Assembly (NCBI GenBank): GCA_963728825.1
Contig: CAVSLA010000004.1
Location: 714,176-778,175, forward strand
DNA from: an uncultured Acidobacteriota bacterium
GTDB taxonomy: Bacteria > Acidobacteriota > Vicinamibacteria > Vicinamibacterales > CAVVIG01
Direction of reading: 5' to 3'
Length of the DNA: 64,000 nucleotides
Positions 30,304-38,977 of the stretch are shown in pieces. The translations under genes and the position numbers were made by a program. Every line of letters begins with the position of its first letter. Position 1 is the stretch's first letter. The notes below the pieces were generated by a model, which saw nothing but the letters and a program-made list of their open reading frames with translations, had not been told where the DNA came from and made no database searches.

Positions 30304-31099
30304 CACGGCGCTGCCACCGGATTTCGAAGAAGCTCTGACGGGCGCGCGCGCCCGCGACAGGCTGGATCCTCTCGGTTCGCGCGTGATCTACTTCCCGACC
30401 ATCGGATCGACCAACGACGTCGCGGCGTCGCTGGCTGCCGATCCTCAGGCGGAAGGCACGGTGGTGATTGCCGATGCGCAGACCGCCGGCCGGGGCCGGC
30501 GCGGTCGCAGCTGGTTCTCTCCGCCGGGCAGCGGACTCTACGTGTCGGTGATCCTGTCCCCGGCGCGCTCGCCGGTGGATCCGGCGCGCGCGACCACGCT
30601 GCTGACGCTCGCGGCCGGCGTTGCCCTGGCCGAAGGCATCGAGCGCAGCACCGGTCTCACGCCGGGCATCAAGTGGCCCAACGATCTGCTCGTGGCACGG
30701 CGCAAGGTGGCGGGCATCCTGGCCGAGTCTTTCGCCGCCGCGGTCGTGCTCGGTTACGGCATCAACGTTGGACCGATGTCGTACCCACCGGATCTGCAGG
30801 ACCGCGCGACCTCGCTCGAAACCGAGCTCGGACGCTCAATCGATCGCCCGCTGGTGTGCGTCGAGACGCTCGCCGCGCTGGCGAGGCGCTACCGCGATCT
30901 GATCGAGGGACGGTTCGATGTTATTCTCGACGCGTGGCGGCGTCTGGCGCCGTGGCAGGTTGGTGCGCGGGTGTCATGGGAGACCGCGCAGGGCACCCAG
31001 GCGGGGATCACCGAGGGCATCGACGATGGTGGCGCGCTCCTCGTCCGCAGCGGCGATCGCATCGAGCGGATCGTCGCGGGTGAAGTGAACTGGCTGTGA
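30284..31099 (+). CDS. birA: Biotin--[acetyl-CoA-carboxylase] ligase
   Basis: GSTNDVA and the signature QTAGRGRRGRSWFSPPGSGLYVSV, plus KWPNDLLV. I do not see an N-terminal HTH domain. Confidence 0.85.
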   Translation: MRSNRSDTALPPDFEEALTGARARDRLDPLGSRVIYFPTIGSTNDVAASLAADPQAEGTVVIADAQTAGRGRRGRSWFSPPGSGLYVSVILSPARSPVDPARATTLLTLAAGVALAEGIERSTGLTPGIKWPNDLLVARRKVAGILAESFAAAVVLGYGINVGPMSYPPDLQDRATSLETELGRSIDRPLVCVETLAALARRYRDLIEGRFDVILDAWRRLAPWQVGARVSWETAQGTQAGITEGIDDGGALLVRSGDRIERIVAGEVNWL

Positions 31100-31114
31100 A
31101 CTGAAACGGCGCGT

Positions 31115-31909
31115 ATGCTCCTCGCCATTGACGTCGGCAACACGAACATCGTCCTCGGCGTGTTCGACAGCGGTCGCCTAATCCACAGCTGGCGGCTGCA
31201 GACGCTGCGCGAGCGCACCTCCGACGAGCTCGGCCTGCTGGTCGATGGGCTGTTCGCGCATCGCGGGCTGAGCCCGTCGCAGGTCACCGGTGTCATCCTC
31301 GGCTCGGTCGTCCCGCCACTGACGGATACGGTGTGGGCGATGGTGAATCGCTACTTCGATCGCCAGGCGCTGATCGTCGATCCCGCGAAAAACACCGGCA
31401 TGCCGATCCTCTACGAGACCCCGGCCGAAGTGGGCGCGGACCGGATCCTCAACGCGATCGCCGCCAACGAGCTGTTCCAGGGCGCCGTCAAACGCCCGCT
31501 GATCGTCTGCGACTTTGGCACCGCGACGACCCTCGATGCAGTCAGCGCCAAAGGGGAATATCTCGGCGGCGCGATCTGCCCGGGGGTGACCATCTCGGCT
31601 GACGCCCTGTTTCAACGGGCCGCGCGGCTGCCGCGGGTGGACGTTCGCAAGCCGGCGACGGTCATCGGCAGGACGACGGTCGGGGCGATGCAGTCGGGCC
31701 TGTTTTACGGATACGTCGGCATGGTCGAAGGCCTGATGCAGCGGATGAACCGCGAGCTGGGCGGCAACGCGCTGTGTGTGGCGACCGGCGGACTGGCGGT
31801 GACCATTGCCTCGGAGATTCCCGCCATCGAGCAGGTCGACATCGATCTGACGCTCCGCGGTCTGAGAATAGTGTGGGAACGGAACCAGTCGACTACTGCC
31901 GCCAGATAG
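31115..31909 (+). CDS. coaX: Type III pantothenate kinase
   Basis: MLLAIDVGNTNIVLGVF...VGADRILNAIAA...DFGTATTLD... Confidence 0.9.
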   Translation: MLLAIDVGNTNIVLGVFDSGRLIHSWRLQTLRERTSDELGLLVDGLFAHRGLSPSQVTGVILGSVVPPLTDTVWAMVNRYFDRQALIVDPAKNTGMPILYETPAEVGADRILNAIAANELFQGAVKRPLIVCDFGTATTLDAVSAKGEYLGGAICPGVTISADALFQRAARLPRVDVRKPATVIGRTTVGAMQSGLFYGYVGMVEGLMQRMNRELGGNALCVATGGLAVTIASEIPAIEQVDIDLTLRGLRIVWERNQSTTAAR

Positions 31910-32559
31910 AAACCTACCTCTGTCGCAAGAACGACGGGCACCTGATTCGGGTCGTCGGTCCATCGTTCGAGCTCGTCTCGCGCTGGGAGACAGACGGCGT
32001 CCCGCTCAAGGTGGCGTTTGAGGGGATCGATCGCTATTTCGAGCGTTACTATCGCAAAGGGCCGCGCCGGCGGCCGGTGCGCATCGAGTTCTGCGAAGCC
32101 GACGTGCGGGACGTGTTCGAGGAGTGGCGCCGCGCGATCGGCCTGGCGCGTCGCACTGAAGAGGAGCCGCACTCCCCATCGCTGCCGGCGCATCTCGAAC
32201 GGGCATCGATCCGGCTGACCAGCGCCCGTGCATCCGGCAAGGTGAGTGGAGCGGTGGATGACCTCCTGGATCGCGTCTCGCATGAGCTCGATGCGGCACG
32301 CAGCACGCCTCACGGCCTGCGCGGCGAGGCCCGCCGGGCGATAATCGATCGGCTCTCGAGTCTCGACGGGGAACTGCTGCAGATCGCGCGCGCGTCACTC
32401 GACCCGGAGGCACTGCGCGGGCTGGAGGGCGAGGCGAACGAGGAGCTGTCGGCATTCCGCGCGCACATGCCGGCTGACGTTTATGAGCGCGCCCGCCGGG
32501 CGGCGGTCGATCGACTCGTCCGCGTTCGTCTCGGACTGCCGACCCTTACGTATGGATGA
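31873..32559 (+). CDS. Hypothetical protein
   Basis: Likely GTG start at 31873, overlapping the coaX 3' end. VGTEPVDYCRQIETYLCRKNDGHLIRVVGPSFELVSRWETDGVPLKVAFEGIDRYFERYYRKGPRRRPVRIEFCEADV. I recognise no domain. Confidence 0.55.
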   Translation: MGTEPVDYCRQIETYLCRKNDGHLIRVVGPSFELVSRWETDGVPLKVAFEGIDRYFERYYRKGPRRRPVRIEFCEADVRDVFEEWRRAIGLARRTEEEPHSPSLPAHLERASIRLTSARASGKVSGAVDDLLDRVSHELDAARSTPHGLRGEARRAIIDRLSSLDGELLQIARASLDPEALRGLEGEANEELSAFRAHMPADVYERARRAAVDRLVRVRLGLPTLTYG

Positions 32560-33007
32560 CCCCCGAGATTCCCGCTCGGACTCGAGCCCCGACACCGAAC
32601 TGATCGGGCGAATCCGGACGTTTCTGCTGGCGGTGCTCATCGTCGGCAGCGTCGGGGCTGGTCTCGAGCTGCTGCTGCTGGGCCATTTCGAGGAGATCAC
32701 TCAGGTCGCGCCACTGGTGCTCTTGTCCGGCGGTCTGATCGTCACGACGTGGCATGCGGTGCGCCCCGGCGCCGGCAGCGTCCGGGCGCTCGCCTGGCTG
32801 ATGATGCTGTTCGTCGTCAGCGGCGCAATCGGCATCGGGCTGCACTATTGGGGTAACCTCGAGTTCGAGCGCGAGATGTACCCGTCGATGGCCGGTCTCG
32901 AGCTGGTCAGCAAAACGCTGACTGGTGCCACTCCGGTGCTGGCCCCGGCGACAATGGCGCTGCTCGGGGCGGTAGGACTGGCGGCTGTTTACGGCGTGAA
33001 GAAATAG
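32552..33007 (+). CDS. Small integral membrane protein
   Basis: The ATG overlaps the upstream stop (ATGGATGA). Four predicted hydrophobic helices. Confidence 0.6.
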   Translation: MDDPRDSRSDSSPDTELIGRIRTFLLAVLIVGSVGAGLELLLLGHFEEITQVAPLVLLSGGLIVTTWHAVRPGAGSVRALAWLMMLFVVSGAIGIGLHYWGNLEFEREMYPSMAGLELVSKTLTGATPVLAPATMALLGAVGLAAVYGVKK

Positions 33008-33022
33008 ATCGAGGAGGAACCG

Positions 33023-33667
33023 ATGCTCTGCAGAATGTCTTGCTGGACGGTTGGCGTCGTGATGGTGGCGGCCGCGTTGGTCGCGGCACCCGCCGCGGCC
33101 CAGGTTGGCAAATCGGTGACGATCGTCGATGCCAACATCGCTACCGAGAAAGAGCTCGCGGCGCTGCCGCACTTCAACGCGTCGCTCGTGAAATCAGTCG
33201 TCGATCGGCGCCCGTTCGCGAGCATCATCGATCTCGACGCACTCCTCAGTCCGTCGTTGAGCCGCCAGCAGTTGACGGAGCTGTACGGTCGGCTGTTTGT
33301 GCACCTCAACCTCAATACCGCGACGAGCGAACAGATCCTGCTCATCCCGAATGCCGGGCCGCGCATGGTGCGCGAGTTCCAGGAATACCGACCCTACAAA
33401 GCGCTCGCCCAGTTCCATCGTGAGATCGACAAGTACGTCGACGACCAGGAGCTGGCGCGGCTCGAGCAGTACGTCTTCGTACCGATTGACCTGAACACCG
33501 CCGCCGACGCCGACATTCTGACGATTCCGGGTCTCGGCAACCGGATGTTGCACGAGTTCAAGGAGTACCGGCCGTACAAGGCGATTGAACAGTTTCGCCG
33601 CGAGATCGGTAAGTACATCGACAAGCGGGAGGTCGCCCGACTCGAACGCTACGTGACGATCAATTGA
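33023..33667 (+). CDS. Secreted helix-hairpin-helix repeat protein
   Basis: GAGGAGGA Shine-Dalgarno sequence and a signal peptide. Three repeats of the type NLNTATSEQILLIPNAGPRMVREFQEYRPYKALAQFHREIDKYVD. Confidence 0.7.
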   Translation: MLCRMSCWTVGVVMVAAALVAAPAAAQVGKSVTIVDANIATEKELAALPHFNASLVKSVVDRRPFASIIDLDALLSPSLSRQQLTELYGRLFVHLNLNTATSEQILLIPNAGPRMVREFQEYRPYKALAQFHREIDKYVDDQELARLEQYVFVPIDLNTAADADILTIPGLGNRMLHEFKEYRPYKAIEQFRREIGKYIDKREVARLERYVTIN

Positions 33668-33725
33668 AGCCGGTAGCTTCGCGACTCCGGCCGGACGCGT
33701 CATGAAACGCGCCGACACGTAGGAT

Positions 33726-34985
33726 GTGACCGTGAGCCTGGCGCCTGGCAGCGAACTCCGGCTTCGCGTCGAGAAACCGGCCGCCGGCGGGTGGATGATC
33801 GCGCGCGCCAACGGTCAGGTGATCCTTGTCTCGGGCGCGATTCCAGGCGAGACGGTGGTGGCGCGCGTCGAGCGGACCAGCAAGGCGGTGGTCTACGCGC
33901 GAGTGGTCGGTGTCGACGAGGCGTCCCAGGACCGGCGGGATCCGTTCACCGATCCGCTGTGTGGTGGCTGCCTGTACGCGCACGTCGCCTATCCCCGTCA
34001 GCTCGAGATCAAGAGTCAGGTCATCGCCGACGCGTTCGGGCGGATCGCGCGCGTGCCCGTCCCGGCGCCGGTTGTCGTGGCCGCATCCCCCACTGCGGGC
34101 TACCGGATGCGCGCACGGCTGCACGTCCGTGGCCGCCGGATCGGATTCTTTCGCGAGGGCACCCACGATCTCTGCGATGCGCGCGCGACGCGTCAGCTCT
34201 TGCCGGCAACGACCGACGTCCTGGATCGCCTCGGTGCCGCGCTGCAGGCGACAGGCACCGATGTGATCCGCGAGGTCGAGGTTGCCGAAAACATCGACGC
34301 CTCGCAGCGGGTCCTGAGTCTGGAAGCCGCTGCTTACCTCGATCCCCGCACGCTTGGCGCGCTGGCTGGAGACCGCGAGGTCAGCGGTGTGACCCTGGGG
34401 CAGATGCCGGTCACCGGGGATCCCTACGTGACGGACACCCTGCCGATCGAAGGGCACCAGTTCACGCTTCGTCGTCACGTCCAATCGTTTTTTCAGGCGA
34501 ACCGCTTTGTGCTCGGTCAGCTCGTCGAACACGTTGTCGGGCGCGTTCCGCGCGGGGCGGAGGTGGTGGACCTCTACGCCGGTGTCGGGCTCTTCTCGAT
34601 TGCCGCCGCACGCGCACGCGAGGCGCGCGTCGTGGCCGTCGAGGGCGACCGCGTGGCGGCGAGAGATCTGGCCGCCAACGCGAGCCAGGTCAGCGGGGCC
34701 GTGCAGATCGTTCACCAGCCGGTCGAGTCGTTCGTCCGGGTCGGCGAGCGAATAGTCGATCTGCTTATCGTCGATCCGCCGCGGACCGGGATGTCACGTG
34801 GGGCGCTCGATCGGGCGCTCGCCCTGCGTGCGCCGAAGGTCGTCTACGTGTCGTGCGACGTTGCCACGCTGGCGCGTGATGTCCGCCGTTTCGTCGACGC
34901 CGGCTATCGCCTCACCTCGCTCGACGCGTTCGACCTGTTTCCCAACACGCCGCATGTTGAGAGTGGGGCCATTCTCGAATCCTGA
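33726..34985 (+). CDS. 23S rRNA (uracil-5)-methyltransferase RlmD/TrmA family
   Basis: VVDLYAGVGLFSIAAA (SAM binding), DPPRTGM, VYVSCDVATLARDV, plus an N-terminal TRAM-like segment and a Cys cluster. Confidence 0.85.
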   Translation: MTVSLAPGSELRLRVEKPAAGGWMIARANGQVILVSGAIPGETVVARVERTSKAVVYARVVGVDEASQDRRDPFTDPLCGGCLYAHVAYPRQLEIKSQVIADAFGRIARVPVPAPVVVAASPTAGYRMRARLHVRGRRIGFFREGTHDLCDARATRQLLPATTDVLDRLGAALQATGTDVIREVEVAENIDASQRVLSLEAAAYLDPRTLGALAGDREVSGVTLGQMPVTGDPYVTDTLPIEGHQFTLRRHVQSFFQANRFVLGQLVEHVVGRVPRGAEVVDLYAGVGLFSIAAARAREARVVAVEGDRVAARDLAANASQVSGAVQIVHQPVESFVRVGERIVDLLIVDPPRTGMSRGALDRALALRAPKVVYVSCDVATLARDVRRFVDAGYRLTSLDAFDLFPNTPHVESGAILES

Positions 34986-35030
34986 GATTTCAGGATTTGA
35001 GGATTTGAGGATTTAAGGATTTGAGGATTT
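34984..35030. repeat. 8-bp tandem array AGGATTTG (5-6 copies) between convergent genes
   Basis: gagattt-caggattt-gaggattt-gaggattt-aaggattt-gaggattt. It begins in the rlmD-like stop codon and encodes the last codons and stop of the minus-strand amidotransferase. Confidence 0.9.
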
Positions 35031-35714
35031 GCCCGACGCTTCGAGGAAGCCCTCGAAGAGGGGACGGAACTCGCCCGTGCGCCAGAAGTTTTCCGGGTGC
35101 CACTGGACGCCCAGGCAGAAGCGGGCGCCAGGGTCTTCGATTGCCTCGATCACGCCGTCGGGCGCGGTGGCCGAGGCGCGGAACCCGGGTGCGAGCAGCT
35201 TGACCGCCTGATGGTGGCGGCTGTTGGCTTCGCAGGCGTCGGTGTCGCTGAGGCGCTCGCGCATCAGGCGCGCCAGGAGTGTGTCCTTGTCGAGCCACAC
35301 TTCGTGCGCAAGGTCGTACGGCTTGTGGGGCGGCACCGTCCAGCTGTGATCGAGCGCGCCTGCCACTTCGGTCGGAATGTCCTGCACGAGCGTTCCGCCG
35401 CAGGCCACGTTCAGGATCTGGATGCCGCGACAGATCGCGAAAATCGGCAGATTCCGCCGCCGCGCCTCGTTGATCAGCCCGATCTCGAACTCGTCGCGTG
35501 CGGGATCCACGTCCACCACGGACGGATGCGGCTGTTCTCCGTATCGCATCGGTGCGACATCTTCACCCCCGCTGAGCAGCAGGCCGCCAATCGATGAAAT
35601 GATGTCGCCGGCCGGCGTCCCCGGCTCGAGTACGCGGACCTCTCCGCCCACGTGAAGGACGGCCTGACGGTAGTCCTCGATTTTCTTGCACGCCGTTAGT
35701 CCGATGAGGGGCAT
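35013..35714 (-). CDS. Gamma-glutamyl-GABA hydrolase-like class I glutamine amidotransferase (peptidase C26)
   Basis: PIFAICRGIQILNVACGGTLVQDI and GVQWHPE. Confidence 0.85.
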   Translation of the reverse strand: MPLIGLTACKKIEDYRQAVLHVGGEVRVLEPGTPAGDIISSIGGLLLSGGEDVAPMRYGEQPHPSVVDVDPARDEFEIGLINEARRRNLPIFAICRGIQILNVACGGTLVQDIPTEVAGALDHSWTVPPHKPYDLAHEVWLDKDTLLARLMRERLSDTDACEANSRHHQAVKLLAPGFRASATAPDGVIEAIEDPGARFCLGVQWHPENFWRTGEFRPLFEGFLEASGKSSNP

Positions 35715-35753
35715 CTACGTGGAAAAGGGGAAGGGGATTGACAGCTCATCCTG

Positions 35754-37709
35754 CTACATTCGCGCGGGAACTGCAATCCCCATCAGATCGAGGGCGCGCG
35801 TCAGCTGAGCCCGGAAATAGGCGACGCCGGCCGCCCGCCAGCGCTTTCGATCGCCGTCCTCCTCATTGATGATCGGGGAGCGGTGATAAAAGGCGTTGAA
35901 CAGCTGGGCCAGGCCGAAGGCGTATTTCGCCAGCACAGAGAACTCCAGTGAGCGGACGACCTGCTCGACAATTTCGTCGAGCCGCGCCGCTTCCAGAACC
36001 AGCGCCCACAGACCGTCCTCGTCGGGAGGAAAACTGCCGGCTTCGGGCATGACCTGGGCCTCGGTGAGCCCTTCCCGCTCTTTCAGCTTCGCGAAGATGT
36101 TGTTGGCCCGGACGACCGCGTACTGCAGATAGGGCCCCGTCTCGCCTTCGAAGCTGAGCGCCTCTTCCATGTCGAAGACGATGAGTTTGCCGCGCGAGAA
36201 CTTGAGCATGAAATAACGAATGGCGGCAACCGCGATCTCCGAGGCCGCCTGCCGGCGTTCTGCGTCCGAAAACTCCGGATTGCGTTTGCCGACCTCGCCC
36301 GCCGCCTTGGCGATCAGCAGGTCGAGCAGGTCGTCGATTTTGACGCCCAGACCCTTGCGGCCTGACACCTCGACGAACGGTTTGCCCGTGTCGCTGTCAG
36401 CGGCGGTCTCGTAGCCGAGCTCGCGCGCTGTGTCGTGCGACAACGCCACCATCTCGTACCAGAAGTGAATCGAGTTCTCGGCTTCCTGACTGTGACCGAG
36501 CGTTTCGAGCGCCTGCTTCAACAGCGCCTGCAGATACATCTGCCGTGAGTCGATGACGTTGAAGATTCGACCGGCGCGGCCAAAGGCCGGCGCTCCCGCC
36601 TCTCCCTCGACCGATGTCGTCGCCCACAACGTCTTGCCGTTGGCCTGTTCCACGAAGCGGCGGTAGTGGAAGTCTTTGCCGAGCAGCCCGAGCTTCCAGA
36701 ACTGATTCGCGATGTCCTTGCCGACGTAGGTGACGACGCCGTTCGAGCGGACGATGACTTTCTCGCGGGCGTCCTCGGCGTCCTCCGCGCCCTCTGCGGC
36801 CTCGTCAATCTTCATGACCCAGCAGCCCGCCAGCCGTCCTTCGCTCTGCAGAAACACCGCGCCGCTGGCCTTGAGGATCTCGAACGCATGGGCCCAGAAC
36901 TTTAACCGCAGGATGTCGCCCTCATAGGTCAGCAGGTCGTAGGCGATATTCAGCCGCGCCATCGTCCTGAGGTGTGCCCGCACGATCCTGTCGACGATCA
37001 GGGCACCCATCTCCGCCGTCTCGTTGCCGCCGTGCTCCAGATCGTGCAGCGCCGCAGCGCGAATCGTCAGGCGGGCCTGGTCCTCCTCGTACCACTCCGT
37101 GACGCGCGAGTAGAGGTCCCAGCAGTAATAGTCGAACCGACCGCCGTCCGCGAGAGCCCGCACCCCGTCGAGCGACTGGCCTTCGAGCTCGCGGAAACCG
37201 ACGATGACGTCGGCCACCTGGACCCCGGTATCGTCGATGTAGTTCTGGACCTCGACCGGCGTAGCCCGAAAGCGGAGCACGCGGACGAGCGTGTCGCCGA
37301 GCGCCGCGTTCCTGAGGTGCCCGACATGAGCGGCCTTGTTCGGGTTGATCGCCGTGTGTTCGACGATGGTTTTGGGCTCGGCGCTCCGAGCTGATCCAAG
37401 TTCTCCACGAACGCGTGACAGGAGGAACGCCGTGCGATCGAGGTAGAGATTCAAATAGCCGTTCGATGCGACGTCGACGCGCGTCACGCCGGGCAGCATG
37501 CTGATGTCGGTGGCAAGGTCCTGGGCAATCGCGCGTGGCGCCTTTTTCAGCGTGCGCGCCAACTGGAATGCGACGGTGACCGCCAGGTCGCCGAGCGCGC
37601 GATTGGGCGGCACCTCGACGGCAAAGGGCGGAACGTCGGTGAGATTGAACTTCTGGCGGACGGCCTGGGCAATCGCGTCGTGAACCTGACGTTGAACGTG
37701 GAGAATCAT
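35754..37709 (-). CDS. argS: Arginine--tRNA ligase
   Basis: 651 aa, intact. NPNKAAHVGHLRNAALGD (HIGH region) and a C-terminal anticodon-binding region ending in ...GIAVPARM. Confidence 0.95.
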   Translation of the reverse strand: MILHVQRQVHDAIAQAVRQKFNLTDVPPFAVEVPPNRALGDLAVTVAFQLARTLKKAPRAIAQDLATDISMLPGVTRVDVASNGYLNLYLDRTAFLLSRVRGELGSARSAEPKTIVEHTAINPNKAAHVGHLRNAALGDTLVRVLRFRATPVEVQNYIDDTGVQVADVIVGFRELEGQSLDGVRALADGGRFDYYCWDLYSRVTEWYEEDQARLTIRAAALHDLEHGGNETAEMGALIVDRIVRAHLRTMARLNIAYDLLTYEGDILRLKFWAHAFEILKASGAVFLQSEGRLAGCWVMKIDEAAEGAEDAEDAREKVIVRSNGVVTYVGKDIANQFWKLGLLGKDFHYRRFVEQANGKTLWATTSVEGEAGAPAFGRAGRIFNVIDSRQMYLQALLKQALETLGHSQEAENSIHFWYEMVALSHDTARELGYETAADSDTGKPFVEVSGRKGLGVKIDDLLDLLIAKAAGEVGKRNPEFSDAERRQAASEIAVAAIRYFMLKFSRGKLIVFDMEEALSFEGETGPYLQYAVVRANNIFAKLKEREGLTEAQVMPEAGSFPPDEDGLWALVLEAARLDEIVEQVVRSLEFSVLAKYAFGLAQLFNAFYHRSPIINEEDGDRKRWRAAGVAYFRAQLTRALDLMGIAVPARM

Positions 37710-37749
37710 CGGGAATCAACAGGGAAGTGTCGGTAAACTCGTGATACGA

Positions 37750-38346
37750 TTACAGTTCGTGACCAAGCTCGGCGTTGAGGGCTTCGTATTCGGCCGGCGT
37801 GTTGACGTTGGCAAGCATACGACCGCGATCGCCCAGCGCGTCGAGCTCCGATTCAGTTACAACCCGAACGCGCACCGCTCGGAGAAAATCGGTCATCCGC
37901 AATCGCCGCTCGGCCAGATGTGCGGCGATCGCAGGCTGGCAGGCGCGTGTGTACGCGGCGCACAGCGGATGATATCCGCGTTCGGTGCGCGGCACGACGG
38001 CATCCGCCTCCGAGGTGAGCGCGATCAGATGCCGCAGCAGGCGGGCATGGACAAAGGGCATGTCGCACGCCACGAGCACCAGCGCGTCGTATCGGGCCGC
38101 GGCCAGTGCGGCGTCGAGGCCGCCGAGCGGGCCACAATCAGGCACGCGATCGGTGACGACGCGGAGGTCACTGCGGGGCGTCGCATGACGGCGGTCTCCC
38201 GACAGGAGGAGCAGATCGTCCGCGACCTGGGCGAGCTCAACGAGCTGACGGTCCAGAATCGACTGGCCACCGACCACGAGGCCGCTCTTGTCGCGCCCGC
38301 CGAAGCGGGTTGCGCGTCCTCCGGCCAGGATGGCCCCGCTGAACAT
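37750..38346 (-). CDS. mobA: Molybdenum cofactor guanylyltransferase
   Basis: GAILAGGRATRFGGRDKSGL...GPLGGLDAALAAARYDALVLVACDMPFV. Confidence 0.85.
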   Translation of the reverse strand: MFSGAILAGGRATRFGGRDKSGLVVGGQSILDRQLVELAQVADDLLLLSGDRRHATPRSDLRVVTDRVPDCGPLGGLDAALAAARYDALVLVACDMPFVHARLLRHLIALTSEADAVVPRTERGYHPLCAAYTRACQPAIAAHLAERRLRMTDFLRAVRVRVVTESELDALGDRGRMLANVNTPAEYEALNAELGHEL

Positions 38347-38368
38347 TGCGACGTGATCTTATCCTGCG

Positions 38369-38977
38369 GTGCCTGACGTGCGTGAAGCCGGCATTGGTCG
38401 CGTGCTCGTCGCCAGTCTTCACCAGGGCATCGCCGACATCCTGCCCAACCGTCTGGGCTTCTACGAGAACTGGCTGAACACCGAAGGGCTGCGAGACGGT
38501 AGCATCGGCCTGGCGCCGCTGTATGCCGTTCTCAGTTTCCTCCGTCAGGAGGGCGATGCCTACCAAATCATCACCAGCCGTGCCGGCGAGTACGCAGCCG
38601 AATGGACGGTCGAATCGATGCCGCCGCTGCAGCGCGCGATGATTCGCTCCGCGCCCGCCTGGCTCCGCGGCCGGATGCTCGTTCGACTGGCGCGGCGGCT
38701 CGTCCGCAACAGCTATCAGGGAAGCCGCGCCATTGCTCGCGTGCGCGGTGGCACGGCCCGCATCGACGTGCGCGCCAGTATTTTCTGCAGCGTCCGGGAA
38801 CCGGTCGATCACCCGCTCTGCGGGTTTTATGCGGCCGCCTTCACCCGTCTGCTGACCTTGTTCAACTTGAGAACCCGGGCGGAGGTCCTGGCCTGCCGCG
38901 GTACCGGTAAACCCGCATGCGTTGTCAGCATCGCGCTGTCGAACGGGGCGTCACACGACGCGGGGGCGACGGCTTGA
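38369..38977 (+). CDS. Hypothetical protein with a C-terminal V4R-like (4-vinyl reductase type) Cys motif
   Basis: ...VDHPLCGFYAAAFTRLLTLFNLRTRAEVLACRGTGKPACVVSI resembles the V4R small-molecule-binding domain pattern. This assignment is from memory only. Confidence 0.55.
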   Translation: MPDVREAGIGRVLVASLHQGIADILPNRLGFYENWLNTEGLRDGSIGLAPLYAVLSFLRQEGDAYQIITSRAGEYAAEWTVESMPPLQRAMIRSAPAWLRGRMLVRLARRLVRNSYQGSRAIARVRGGTARIDVRASIFCSVREPVDHPLCGFYAAAFTRLLTLFNLRTRAEVLACRGTGKPACVVSIALSNGASHDAGATA

